From assembly GCA_951406725.2 (NCBI GenBank), contig OX597816.1:17484001-17548000 (forward strand): DNA of 64,000 nucleotides, in the 5' to 3' direction. This DNA is from Octopus vulgaris (Eukaryota). A program made the position numbers and the translations under genes. This document shows, in pieces, positions 40,655-53,974 of this stretch. A model generated the notes under the pieces. That model had not been told where the DNA came from. It did not search any database and saw only the letters and a list, made by a program, of their open reading frames with translations. Every line of letters begins with the position of its first letter. Position 1 is the stretch's first letter.

Positions 40655-40930
40655 TATTCTATTCGTTTCAGCCATTGAACTGCGGCCATGCTGGAGTACC
40701 GTCTCAAAGAGTTTAGTCGATCATATTGAAGCCAGTTCTTATTTTAAAAGCTTGGTACTTACTGTATCGGTTGTTTTCGCCGAACTGCTTTGTCACTTGG
40801 ACGTAAACAAACCGACATCGGTCGTGAAGATGTGACGATAGACAAACACACAACACACACACACGTATGTATGTATACACACACATATATGAGTAGATTT
40901 AGAAGACGGAAACTGAATAAAGTTTGTCGT
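40655..40930 (-). mobile_element. SINE family B, degraded
   Basis: GCGGCCATGCTGGAG tail and CCGACATCGG motif. Confidence 0.7.
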
Positions 40931-40935
40931 GTGTA

Positions 40936-41000
<65 letters not shown>

Positions 41001-41003
<3 letters not shown>

Positions 41004-41337
41004 GGCGCATGACTCAGTGGTTAGAGCGTCTACCTTACGATAGTGAGGTTGTGAGCTCGAATCCCGGATCGGGCTGCGTGTTGTGTTCTTGAGCAAGATA
41101 CTTTATTTTACGTTGCTCCAGTTAACTCAGCTGTAGAAATAAGTTGTGACGTCACGGGTGCCAAGCTGTATCGGCTGTTGCCTTTCCCTTGGTTAACATC
41201 GGTGACATGGAGAGGGGAGGCCAATATGCATGGGCGACTGCTAGTCTTCCATAAAAACCACTTTGCCCAGACTTGTGACTAGGAGGGTAACTTTCTAGGT
41301 GCAATCCCATGGTCAGTGTCGTGACCGAATGGGGTCC
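41001..41337 (+). mobile_element. SINE family C (tRNA head, CORE-like)
   Basis: GAAGGCGCATGACTCAGTGGTTAGAGC head, GCTCGAATCCC B-box; homolog at 55678-55982. Confidence 0.85.
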
Positions 41338-41339
41338 CG

Positions 41340-41381
<42 letters not shown>

Positions 41382-41461
41382 GACGTGGACCACAAGATTA
41401 AAAAGATTAAGAGCCACTGGTTTAGAGATTCCTAAATCATATTTGCATACATTTTTACATT

Positions 41462-41902
41462 GTGAGGGTGCATGGCTCAGTGAAGTAAAGATGCATGGCT
41501 CAGTAAAGTGAAGGCGCGTGACTCAGTAAAATGAAGACATATGGCTTAGTGAAGTGAAGGCGTGTGGCTCAGTAAAATGAAGACGTATGGCTCAGTGAAG
41601 TGAAGACGTATGGCTCAGTGAAGTGAAGGCGCATGGCTCAATGATGTGAAGGCGCGTGGCTCAGTAAAAGGAAGACGTATGGCTCAGTGAAGTGAAGGTG
41701 CGTGGCTCAGTAAATTGAAGACGTATGGCTCAGTGAAGTGAAGGTGCGTGGCTCAGTAAAATGAAGACGTATGGTTCAGTGAAGTGAAGACGTATGGCTC
41801 AGTGAAGTGAAGGTGCGTGGCTTAGTCAAGTGAAGGCGCATGACTCAGTGAAGCGAAGGCGCATGACTCAGTGAAGTGAAGGTGCATGGCTCAGTGGTTA
41901 GA
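41462..41902 (+). repeat. 23-bp minisatellite (~19 units) derived from the family C SINE 5' end
   Basis: Units TGAAGGCGCGTGGCTCAGTAAAA and TGAAGACGTATGGCTCAGTGAAG; the array ends in GGCTCAGTGGTTAGA plus SINE tail. Confidence 0.9.
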
Positions 41903-42802
41903 ACCTCGGAGAATAGCTTTCTAGGTGCAATCCCATGGTCATTCATAACCGAAAGGGGTCTTTACCCTTTGCGCTTTATGCGTAAATTTACCACTGATTT
42001 ATATTATGCTCAGTAACATCCATGTCTTTTGTTAAACCACAATTGACTGTGTATTGACCTCAGAGATAACGGATAGTATGACGCTTATAAGAACTGAAAC
42101 GGAAGAGAGATTATGGCTGACGTTCAACTCTATTCCTCCTGTATAATAACGATTTTCGCACCAATGTTGCCTTACGTGAATTCGGTTTCAGCGCTAATCC
42201 TAAATTTATCCACTATTCAAATTCTTAAGCATAATCGATATCGAACCTCAATTTTCGTAACAAGTGTGTCAAGAAAATGCTATTTGTTTGCTCCACATCA
42301 TCCTAATCTGGTTGATCAAATCTGTGATTAAATGTTTCCCAAGTGATGCCTTCGCGTTTTTTCAGAGCAAATTTATCTAGGATCATATTTTTCAGATCTA
42401 TTCCTCTCATAAAAAAAAAAAGAAAAACAGTAGGATATGATTTGAGGACAGTTTAGTTGTTATCTTTTGCCGATTGATCAACTTCGTAGACCTTCCCCCG
42501 TTGGATCTCTAAAACTTTTCACTTTCATGGTGTCTTTAAACTGTTCTATGTCTGAGACAATTATATTTGAAATTGATACTTTATCATTCATTTGATATGA
42601 AAATATTACTCTGTATTGTTTTTTAAATATTCATCCATCCATTTCTGTCGCTCACTTTTTATGGGGAGGGTCACGGTGGAAAAGTCCTCATCCTCCATGG
42701 GTCCTATCAGAAACAACCATCATTAAACTAAATTCCCAAACGTGACCTTCTGAGGCCATGGATATTATCCAGCCATCTCGGTTACGGTATCCTAGATCCT
42801 AA

Positions 42803-43220
42803 GGCGGCGAGCTGGCTGAATCGTTTGCACGCCGGATGAAATGCTTAGCGGTATTTCGTCTGCCGCTACGTTCTGAGTTCAAATTCCGCCGAGGTCCACT
42901 TTGCCTTTCATCCATTCGGGGTCGATTAAATAAGTACCAATTACGCACTGGGGTCGATATAATCGACTTAATCCGTTTGTCTGTCCTTGTTTGTCCCTTC
43001 TGTGTTTAGCCCCGTGTGGGTAGTAAAAAAAAAAAGGTATTTCGTCTGCCGTTACGCTCTGAGTTCAAATTCCACCGAGGTCGACTTTGCCTTTCATCCT
43101 TTTGGGGTCGATTAAGTAAGTACCAGTTACACACTGGGGTCGATGTAATCGACTTAATCCCTTTGTCTGTCCTTGTTTGTCCCCTCTAATGTTTAGCCCC
43201 TTGTGGGCAATAAAGAAATA
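42803..43220 (+). mobile_element. SINE family A2 dimer
   Basis: One head and two bodies joined at GGTATTTC. Confidence 0.9.
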
Positions 43221-44159
43221 AGAAACCTATGATCTTTTGTTAAAGCTAGATCCCGACTTAATATTACTCCACCAAGTAACGATTAGAGATTTGAAGTAAA
43301 CCGTAAACACATTCGCGTATTCCTTCCCAAACAGTAATTAACGCTGTCACCCAAACAAACAAATGAAAAAACGGCTTCAAACAAAGGATCGTAAATGAAT
43401 TGTGAACTTTTCTTTATGCGACGGAAATCGCCACTAGTTGAAGAAAATTCGTTCATATGTTTACTTGAAATAAGAAAAAAAATATTTTTAATTCCTTATT
43501 TGTATTTTTATGGATTTATTCGTCTTTCTGTTTTTATATCTTCTTTTAATATCAAAGATTTTGTAGCGGATCTTTATTACAATACGATTGCTAAGAAAAT
43601 GATGAAAGACTCTTGTTTCTTTTGTTTCTTCTCTGTTTTTTGTTTTTTTTAAATTTATTATCATCCACCTAGAAATTGACTTTTAAATTTATTCAGCTCA
43701 AGCTGTCAGCACCCTTTTGCTAATTATGTTTTTGTAACATTTTTATTTCGCTCCGTCGACATTTTTAACAAAGATGTTTTTTTTCCAGTGCGCAGAGCGC
43801 AAAACATGTTAGATGTTAGACGCTCGAGAGAAACGGTGTCAGCTGAAACACATTGGTCTGTGAGTAATTACATGTTATTAGTAAAGCTATTGTTCGAGAT
43901 ATTGTTTATTCGCCTGTGAAATGCTATTATGAAATGCAGTTGTTGGAAGAAAAAAAAAGAAAAGAATCTTCTTTTAAGTTTAATACACAGGAAATAATTG
44001 AAAAGAAAGTTGAAATAAAGATCTGTGGGAAACATGACAAGCGAAATAATTCTGAAGAATTGTCTTTAAAAAAATGTCACCTTCATCAGTAATTTTGTTA
44101 CAGAGAAAGTCAGGGTTAATATTCAAGACAGGAGTATCCGTTCTTCTCAAGGCTGAAGG

Positions 44160-44755
44160 CTTGAAATTTTGGGGAAGGTGGCTAGTTGATTACATCGAAC
44201 GCACTACTTGACTGGCAGAAACGGTAGCACGCCGGGCGAAATGCGTAGCCGTATTTCGTCTGCCGTTACGTTCTGAGTTCAAATTCCGCCGAGGTCGACT
44301 TTGCCTTTCATCCTTTCGAGGTCGATAAATTAAGTACCAGTTACGCACTGGGGTCGATGTAATCGACTTAATCTGTGTGTCTGTCCTTGTTTGTTCTCTC
44401 TGTGTTTAGCCTCTTGTGGGTAATAAAGAAATAGGTATTTGGTCTGCCGTTACGTTCTGAGTTCAAATTCCGCCGTGTCGACTTTGCCTTTCATCCTTTC
44501 GGGGTCGATTAACTCAAGTACCAGTTACGCACTGGGGTCGATATAATCGACTTAATCCCTCTGTCTGTCCTTGTTTGTCTCCTCTGTGTTTAGCCCCTTG
44601 TGGGTAGTAAAGAAATAGGTATTTATTTTATCGATTTCGAAAGGATGAGAGGCAAAGGTGACCTCAGCGAAATTTGAACTCAGAACATGAAGACAGACGA
44701 AATGCCGCTAAGCATTTCACCTGGCGTGCTAACGAATCTGTCGCTTCACCGTCTT
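44160..44755. mobile_element. A2 dimer (+, 44212-44617) inserted into an antisense A1 SINE
   Basis: The minus-strand A1 copy is split at CTGGTATTTATTTT. Confidence 0.85.
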
Positions 44756-44819
44756 CAGGAAATCGTTATACAGAAAAACTACATGTGTTACAACAAGCCA
44801 GCCAAGATATCTTTCTTTT

Positions 44820-45260
44820 ATTATTTTATTCTTTTCTTTTACTTGTTTCAGTCACGTGACTGTGGCCATGCTGGAGCACTGCCTTTAGTAGAGAAAATCG
44901 ACCTCAGGACTTATTCTTTTGTAAGCCTAGTACTTATTCTATCGTTCTCTTTTGCCGAACCGCTAAGTTACGGGGACGTAAACACACCAGCATCGGTTGT
45001 CAAGTTGGGGTGACAAACACACAAAACACACAAACAATCACACAAAAACAAACACAAAACAATCACACATATATACATATATACATATGCAAATATACGG
45101 CGGGCTTGTTTCAGTTTCCGTCTACCAAATCCAGTCACAAAGCTTTGGTCGGCCCGAGGCTATAGTAGAAGACACTTGCCCAAGGTGCCACGCAGTGGGA
45201 CTGAACCCGGAACCATGTGGTTAGTAAAAAAGCTACTTACCACACAGCCATTCCTACGCC
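44820..45260 (-). mobile_element. SINE family B
   Basis: Reverse complement of 20230-20690. Confidence 0.9.
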
Positions 45261-45396
45261 TATGTACGGTGCCGTATCTCTGTACGGTGTCGTTTAACAG
45301 GCTAGAAATATCAACTAAACGCTCCTCAAATTATATCACATCATCATAAATAAAAGGAGAAGAGGGACGTAATGAATAGTATTCTAGCCGATGCAA

Positions 45397-45627
45397 GGCG
45401 GCGAGCTGGCAGAATCGTTAACACGCCGGGCGAAATGCGTAGCCGTATTTCCTCTGCCGCAACGTTCTGAGTTCAAATTCCGTCGAGGTCGACTTTGATT
45501 TTCATCCTTTCGGGGTCAATTAAATAAGTACCAGTTACGAACTGGGGTCGATATAATCGACTTAATCCGTTTGTCTGTCCTTGTTTGTCCTCTATGTGTT
45601 TAGACCCTTGTGGGTAGTAAAGAAATA
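45397..45627 (+). mobile_element. SINE family A2 monomer
   Basis: TSD AGTATTCTAGCMGAT at 45378-45392 and 45628-45642. Confidence 0.95.
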
Positions 45628-45658
45628 AGTATTCTAGCAGATACATCTTACCCACCAC

Positions 45659-45875
45659 AAAAAAAAAAGAAAAAAAGAAATGAAATGCCCGGGTGATCAC
45701 AGCCAAAGTGGCTTTGGATCTGTGGCGCAGCTAGAGTGTGCTCCGCTCGTGGGAGACCTTGAGCGTGCCGCCCCCGGGCGCCAAAGCCTATCCTGGCTTA
45801 TACAGCAGAACCAAAAGCGCTGTCCCTATAAAGACGTCGCCGTGAGCGGACCTCCCTCCCCGCCTCAACCTAGCA
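45659..45875 (-). ncRNA. GC-rich structured Pol III-like RNA fragment; candidate 5'-truncated 7SK copy
   Basis: Minus strand: ..AGGCGGG..TCCGCTC...GAGCGGA..CGCC-ACAGATCCAAA-GCC..GGCTGTGATCACCCGGGC, then a T-run. Confidence 0.4.
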
Positions 45876-46042
45876 ATGCTAATGCTTTGAATCCTAATTT
45901 GTATCAGCGCTGACACAAACTATAACGCATTAAACAGGACAGCATAACTTAATAAAAGTATTACAAGATTTATTGTTATTCTTCTGTTGTCTGAGTTTAA
46001 AATCAATCGGAGCCGGATTTATTTTTCATCTTTGGTGGACGT

Positions 46043-46228
46043 AGTGGTGGTGGTGGTGGTGGTGGTGGTGATGTGATGGTAGAGGTGGTGGTTGTGGTGG
46101 TCGTGGTGGAGGTGGTGGTGGTAGTGGTGGTGGTGGAGGTGGAGGTGGTGGTGGTGGTGGTGGTGGTTGTGATGGTGGTGATGATGGTGGTGGTGGTGGA
46201 TGTAGTGGTGGTGGTGGTGGTGGTGGTG
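46043..46228. repeat. (GGT)n tract
   Basis: Direct observation. Confidence 0.95.
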
Positions 46229-46304
46229 ACAGTGACAAAATGAAATGCCAGTAATACAGGAAAAATTGCTTCAATTAACCGCATCATTCAGCAAAAATAA
46301 TATT

Positions 46305-47315
46305 GGTTTCAAACTGTGATACAAGGCCAGCAATTTCACAGGAGTGGAAGTTAAATCGTTTAAATCGAGAGCAGTGTTCAACTGGAACTTAACTTATCAA
46401 CACCGAAAGGATGAAAGGCAAAGACGACTCCGGCGGAATTTGAACTGAGAACGAAGAGACAGACAAAATGCCGCTCAGCATTTAACCCGCCATGCTAACG
46501 ATTCTTATTTCTTTATTGACCACAAGGGGCTAAACATACAGGGGACAAACAAGGACAGACAAACGGATTAAGTCGATTACATCGACCCCGTGCGTAACTG
46601 GTACTTAATTTATCGACCCCGAAAGGATGAAAGGCAAAGTCGACCTCGGCGGAATTTGAACTCAGAATGTAACGGCAGACGAAATACCTATTTCTTTATT
46701 ACCCACAAGGGGCTAAACACAGAGGAGACAAACAAGGACAGACAAACGGATTAAGACACCCCGTGCGTAACTGGTACTTAATTTATCGACCCCGAAAGGA
46801 TGAAAGGCAAAGTCGACCTCGGCGGAATTTGAACTCAGAACGTAACGGCAGACGAAATACCTATTTCTTTATTACCCACAAGGGCTAAACACAGAGGAGA
46901 CAAACGGATTAAGTCGAATATATCGACCCCAGTGCGTAACTGGTACTTATTTAATCGACCCCGAAAGGATGAAAGGCAAAGTCGACCTCGGCGGAATTTG
47001 AACTCAGAACGTAGCGGCAGACGAAATACCCCTAAGTATTTCGCCCGGAGTGCTAACGATTCTGCCAGCTCGTCGCCTTAATTCAGCAAAATAATAATGA
47101 TTTCAAAATTTGGCACAAGGCCAGTAGTTTCGAGTACGGGGTGGGATAAGTCAATTACATCGACTCCAGTGCTCAACTGGTACTTATTTTATCGACCCCG
47201 TAAGGATAAAAGACAAAGCCAACCTCGACGGAAATTGAACTCAGAATGGAGCGACGAGCGAAATACAGTTAAGCAGTTCCTCCAGCGTGCTAACGGTTCT
47301 GCCAGCTCGCTGCTT
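46305..47315 (-). mobile_element. A1 SINEs with a nested A2 trimer (46506-47077)
   Basis: Three A2 bodies with one head, inserted at AGAATCGTTAGC in an A1 head; a further A1 copy lies at 47099-47315. Confidence 0.9.
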
Positions 47316-47604
47316 TAATTCAGAACAATAATATTGTTGCGAAGTGACGCGGTGGAAAATACTCTCTGAAAGTGTCGAGTATTAGAAGCGCAAGGATGTT
47401 TCGCCATATTTATAGTGAAAGAGAAAGAGAGAGAGAGAGCTCAGTCCCTTATATGCTTCAGAAATCGGTGTCAGTTCCGGTCTTATGAGTTCTAAGGCTT
47501 ATGAGGGATCTAACCCTAAGTTATTGTCAATTTCGATTCAAATATGATAGGGTCCGATTTTGTTTTTCGTCTGCTTCAAGTCAATTTTATCTATACCAAA
47601 TAGA

Positions 47605-47916
47605 ATCAAAGGTCCTTTCCATAGGCTCCTGAAGCCGGTTTCCTGGATTCTTTGGTGTATGTACTATCCCCATCAACCCCAGAATGCTGGATGGGACGCC
47701 GGTCCATCCATCGGTCGGTCCATCCATCCAACCAACCAATTATGTGTATATATATAACCAACCAAGAACAACTGATTTTTAACTGTTGAGTAGACTGGAG
47801 CAACGTGAAATGAAGCGTTTTGCTCAAGGACACACCATATCATCCAGTCCAGAAATTGAAACCACAATCATAAGATCATGAGTCCAACACCCTAACCACT
47901 GCACCACGTGCCTTCA
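47605..47916 (-). mobile_element. SINE family D variant with internal (GGAT/GGTT)n
   Basis: Head and core homologous to 35220-35460. Confidence 0.8.
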
Positions 47917-48457
47917 CACACATATGTATTGTAGGGTCAATTTAATTCGCTATCCCTCTTCACTTCCTTGTGCCGACTTGGAAGTTTCAGCCTACTAGCC
48001 GCGATAAGACTGCGTTTTACTTTGGCCTTTCAGACACTGGTAGATGTTTAGTAAACCGAAACTGCGAAGTTACTGTCAGCATTTTCCTTGCAAAAATTTG
48101 TATGTACTCAAATAAAAAGCACCTTTAATTTATTATTAAATTCGACGAGTGCTTACATACCTCATACTTGCATACTTCTTACTTACATGTATTCATACGT
48201 ATATACCTCTTAAAATCTAGTAGGTAATTTATCGGTTTCTCATGTGAAATGCTGAGTTACCAAATTCAGAAGGTACAACAAAAACAGGAAGAAAGAGTGA
48301 GAGAGAGGTGTGGAGAAAGATTACAGCAGATTTCAACAACACTCCCTGCTGGAGGCTCGTGTTTTCGCTCAAGAAACACTCACAATGCCCAGACTGGGAA
48401 TTGAAACCGCGAACCTTCGGCCGCGAGTCCGCTGCCCTAACCACAGGGCCATTGCGC

Positions 48458-48557
<100 letters not shown>

Positions 48558-49247
48558 AATATATATATATATATAACTGAAATGCGTTTTTACCGCTTGG
48601 ATCGCTTTCAATGCCACTACATCCCGTCCGATTCGCTCCAAAATTTACAGGGACATGTATAATGAGGTGACGATGCCCGTGGGCTACTTTAGAAATCCCT
48701 ATCTTAAAGGGTGTGGTTGCTAGGGGCCATCTTCCTCACTCACGCTATTTCCTCCATTACCCTCTCACTCCCCTTCACGTATAACTTTGACAAGTCCACT
48801 CCTGTTATTTAATGTATCTTCCTAAACTCACTCTCGCTATTTCCTCTTTTTTTCACTCAGTCTGTTTCCTAACTTCACATCACTTCGGCGTTCTTTTATG
48901 TATCTGTCTGTCACCAACAACACACGAGCATGAGAACAAATATTATGAATCAGATATTCTTGCGTTCATTTATATGTGTGTGTGTGTTCTATATATAAAT
49001 ATGTATATATAATGTATATATACAAAGTGTATATATCTGTATTATGTATATTAAACTTTTTCATACTTTTTCATAGTTATATATATTTTAAAACAAATTA
49101 TAAATATAATTTAATAATTTTTATTTTCAACTTAAATAATTAAAATTTTTCAATTTTATATTTTATATATTCTATATTATATTTTTTTAATGTTTTTGTT
49201 TTTGGTTTTTCACTGTTTGATTTGCCTATTAGTGGTTTTATCTCTAA

Positions 49248-49609
49248 CTAGCAGTATCGCCCGGCGTTGCTCGGGTCTGTAAGTAACTATAAAGCATTTT
49301 TAGAGAGTTATAGCCAAAAAATGGAAAAAAAATGATGGTAAATTTTTTTAGTTAAAAAGGTCGAGTTGCGTCCCCTAGACAGTCTGTGGTTTGTGTTTCT
49401 GATTCTCGACCCCATGTCGAATTTATCGATTTTTTCAGAACTGGGGGAACTTTTCAAAATTTTCACTGCGTTAGTTTTGAATTATGACATTGGGCTATGT
49501 GTGTGTCAAGTTTCATCAGAATCGGTTGAAAGCAGTGGTCAGGGTGAGGTACAACCTAACAGACACACAGAAACACACACAGACAAACTGCCGTTTATAT
49601 ATAGAGAGA
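49248..49609 (-). mobile_element. Non-autonomous Helitron
   Basis: A|TCTCTCTATATATAAAC 5' end; CCCGAGCAACGCCGGGCGATACTGCTAG|T 3' end. Confidence 0.85.
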
Positions 49610-49685
49610 TTTAAGTTATATAGATATATATCTCATTTGTATACATTTGTATATATAATGCGTGCACACACACACATACACACAC

Positions 49686-49734
<49 letters not shown>

Positions 49735-50546
49735 GTGTGCATTACGTAGTCGGTCGATTCAGCTGAAAATATGCACACCTATGTTAAAAGTGCTGGCAAG
49801 TTTGCATGACAACTATTTTTTTCCTCAAATGAAAGGCGTCACCTCTAGGACAAAATTCCTTATCTTATAACATGTGGCCCCAGTAGACCCGAATGAAATC
49901 GGGTTATATTAACCAAAATGTGAAAAGGGATCTAAATGGGGCTGGAAGGGGATTAAAATTTACAGGAGCGGGTGTTTAGGAATTCTCTGTTACATCAAGC
50001 TAAAAAATTTGCGCCAGCCTTTTAATCGTCAATATGTTGCCGTCCATGATAAAGAAGTTTTGAATGCTTGCCATGGTGAGTCTACTGTCGTGAGAAAGTA
50101 TCACTTCAAAACTTGGTGTTTACAAATTTTCTGTTACATCAAGTTCAAAATTTTACGCCAGCCGTTAAACTGTCAATACGTTGCTGTCCGTCGTTAAGAA
50201 ATGCCAGCCATGGTGACTCTACTATCCTCAGATTCTATCCCTTCAAACTTTGGTTTCCAATATTTTATTCATTTTATTCAGCTCGCAAGTTCGTCTGTCC
50301 CTTTTAAATGTTAGCGTTTTGCTGTCTGCCTTGAAGCAGACCTTTCCGTTGCCACTGCCTGATATTTATGATTGATCTTTCTAAATATTTTATTTCTCAA
50401 CTTACTCAAGATCTTCTGTTGTTTATAAATGGGAGAGAGATAGATAAAGATAGAGAGTAAGAGAAAGCGAGGGAGAGTCCGAGAGAAAAGAAAAGTAAGA
50501 GAGTGGAAAAGTGAGAGAGAAAGGAGAGAGAAACAAAAACGGTGAA

Positions 50547-50842
50547 TCATCATCATCATCGTTTAACGTCCATTTTCCGTGCTAGCACGGGTTGGACAGT
50601 GTGACCGGGGTCTGGGAAGTCAGGAGGCTGCACCAGGCTCCAGTCTGATCTGGCAGTGTTTCTACCTTCCTAACGCCAACCACTCTGTGATTGTAGTGGG
50701 TGCTTTTTTCGTGCCGCCGGCACAGGTGCCAGGGGCGATCGCTGCGGCAACGATCGGTTGGTGCTTTTTACGTGCCACCGACACAGAAGCAAGTCAAGGC
50801 GGCGCTGCAATCGGCCACGTTCGGATGGTGCTCTTTACGTGC
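50547..50842 (-). mobile_element. SINE/LINE 3' part with (GAT)n tail
   Basis: Minus strand GTTGGCGTTAGGAAGG ... GGACGTTAAACGATGATGATG. Confidence 0.65.
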
Positions 50843-50910
50843 TGAAAGGAAGCAACAGAAAGTAACAACCACACTCTTACCCGCGCGTAGAGCGGGTCAC
50901 ATTCAGCTAG

Positions 50911-50942
<32 letters not shown>

Positions 50943-51538
50943 TCTGTGTGTGTGTGTGTGTATGTATGTATATATATATATATACATCACAACCTGTATA
51001 GAAAGGGAAACAAGGTTAATAATCTGTCCAATGTTTGCTAAACTTCTATATATATTCAAGTGGCATACATTTCCAGTCTCGGTCCAGCTTCGTCGGAATC
51101 ATTATAAACCGACTAATCATATTGAATCTGTGTTATGTCCATCTCATTGATCCTGTATCATTGATCGTATTCACTGTTCAGTTTTTATAAAGAAGCTCTG
51201 TCTATGAAATGGAAAACAGTTGCTAACGGGAAATAGTGATTTCCATACTGCTGGCTGTCATTAAGTGACAACATAAATGTATACAGGACAAAATACAATA
51301 TTATATGAGTATTTATATGTATGTATAATTATTTACACACCCACACACACACACACGTACACACACACACAAACACATATATATATACACACACACACAC
51401 AAACACACATATATATATTTATACTCATTCGTACATGTACATAAATATATATATATATATGCATATATGTATATGTATATAAATATATATATACATATAT
51501 ATTTACATATATACACATATATATATACATATATATAC

Positions 51539-51569
<31 letters not shown>

Positions 51570-51626
51570 CATATACATATATATAAATATATATATATAC
51601 ATACATACATACCTATATATATATGC

Positions 51627-51714
<88 letters not shown>

Positions 51715-51743
51715 ACATATTTATACGTATATATATACACACA

Positions 51744-51776
<33 letters not shown>

Positions 51777-52544
51777 GCACACATCGATATACTATTGGCA
51801 AGGAAGTTTTAGAAATATTTGATAGCATTTGTGACTAGACAGGACAGCTATATATTTTATGGGAGGAAAAACGGTAATTGCTATGGAGATCATGTGTTTC
51901 CCGATGGCATATGCAGCGTAAACGAAGTGAACTTAAAGCAAACAGGTCATAAAAATGTGTCAGTGTTGCCATGCAGATGGTCTGTAAGTGAAGGCTCTAC
52001 AATACCTTTTTTTTTATACAGGGGTCGTGGTACTGAGGTGGAAACTAGAGGAGTCTTAGTAACCCCTTATCTAATTTTCATAAAAATGGTTACGGATTTA
52101 GTCACAACACCAGCGATAATGAGGGAATCGGTGTTAGTTGATACCGTTGAATCCTAATGCTTAACTGCTACTTGCTTTTTTTATTGATTTCTAAAGGATG
52201 AAAGGCGAAGTTTACCTCGGTGAGATTTGAACTCGGAACGTAGGGAGCCGGAAGAAGCTTCGCAAATCAATTGCTTTGGCATCACTGTAATGACTCTGCC
52301 AATCGTTGACCCCGACGAAGTTGAAGTCGAAACGCAAAGTGTTGGAACTGATGACACATGTCATCTTCTACGATGCTCTAACGTGGGACTCAACCTAAAG
52401 CCATGCGGTTGCTAAGAGAGCTTACAAAGTTAATAAAGCTATTTCTCCATCGCTCTAAAGATTCTGCTAGATCATCGCCCTACTTTCAGGGAAGGGAGTT
52501 CCAGTTTAAAAGGATAAAGATCCTTTTATGAGTTATATAGACTC

Positions 52545-52849
52545 ATAAGGGCCGGTTTCCTTGTTTCTGTAGCGCATATATTTCCTCCATGGACGGAACG
52601 CCGGTTAGTTGCAGGATTACTCATTTCTGCCAAATGAGTAGACTGGTGCAACATGAAGTGAAGTGTTTTGCTTAAGAACGCAAGGCACCGCTTGGTTCAG
52701 GAATCGAAACTATAATCTTACGATCATGAAGGGTTAAGCCCCACTGCGTGGAATCTTGGGCAAGTGTCTTCCACTATCGCCTCGGGCCGACCAAAGCCTT
52801 GTGAGTGGATTTGGTAGACGGAAACTGAAAGAAGCCCGTCGTATATATG

Positions 52850-52884
<35 letters not shown>

Positions 52885-53128
52885 ATGTTTGACCCCTAGC
52901 ATTGATTGACAACCGATGCTGGTGTGTTCATGTCCCCGTAACTCAGCGGTTCGGCAAAATAGACCGATAGAATAAGTACTGGGCTTACAAAGAATAAGAA
53001 CCGGGGTCGATTTGCACGACTTAAAGGCGATGCTCCAGCATCGCCGCAGTCAAATGACTGAAACAAGTAAAAGAGTAAAAGACTAAAAAGAGAGTATGAG
53101 TCCAACATCCTAGCCCCCACCACCACGT
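52545..53128. mobile_element. Family D SINE (-) interrupted by family B SINE (+, 52724-53090)
   Basis: The D head (ATGAGTCCAAC..CCACGTG) resumes after the B tail. Confidence 0.8.
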
Positions 53129-53974
53129 GATTCCATATGAGAAGAAAGCTGACTGGTACTTTATTTGATCAACTTGGACAGAACACACGATAAGGTTTAC
53201 TTTGGTAGGATTTTCTATAAAACTAATCGTAAAGTACAATTTAATAGTATTTTAAAGTCAGGTAGCAAGGTTTATGGTACTGCAGCAGTTAGAACCCGTA
53301 AGCCGGATAGTAGTACACATAGCTAACAGAATTGGATAATTAGTAATGTTGAAATAGGTTATAGAGGTTGTACATATTTGCCTACATGGAAGGATATGTG
53401 CGTGTATGATAGATGAGGAAAATAAAAAAGTATTATTGTTTTACATTCTTTTCTATTGGTGAATACATGAGAAAAAGGATGAGCGTAATGCATATTCCAT
53501 AATGAGAACACAAGTATTGTTTTCTTTTCTTTTGAAATTTCAAAATCTTGTTGTTCTATGTTTTTAAGGATGAAAATGTTATTACAAATGTAAAAGGTTT
53601 CGAGTGCAAATGAAATATATATATATTTCTATATTTGTATTAATGTATTGATATTTATGTACCTAGGTATGATTTAAATTGAAAACATTAAGAAAAACGC
53701 TTGTACATAACGGCAAGAAAAATCGTAAGAAAGTTTCTGTAAAATTTCAGATGCTCTTACTTTATTTTTATGGATGAAAATGTCATTCCATGTACAAACA
53801 ATATATTTCTACAATTATATTCTGTGTACCTACTCGTCGCGTGAAGCGAAAATATTGTGTATTGTGAGAAAGTGACAATACTTTCATTATAGAAAGTGAA
53901 AGACTACCATACTGTTTCTGCTATTCTAGAATACTTTACTTAATAAAATTCATAAAATTATACAGAGACACTGT

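Noticed and set aside
41462-41902. CRISPR-like array
   Set aside because: Contiguous 23-bp units with no unique spacers, eukaryotic context, no cas genes
45680-45913. 77-aa GC-rich ORF as a host exon
   Set aside because: No recognisable domain or splice sites; the opposite-strand structured-RNA reading fits better
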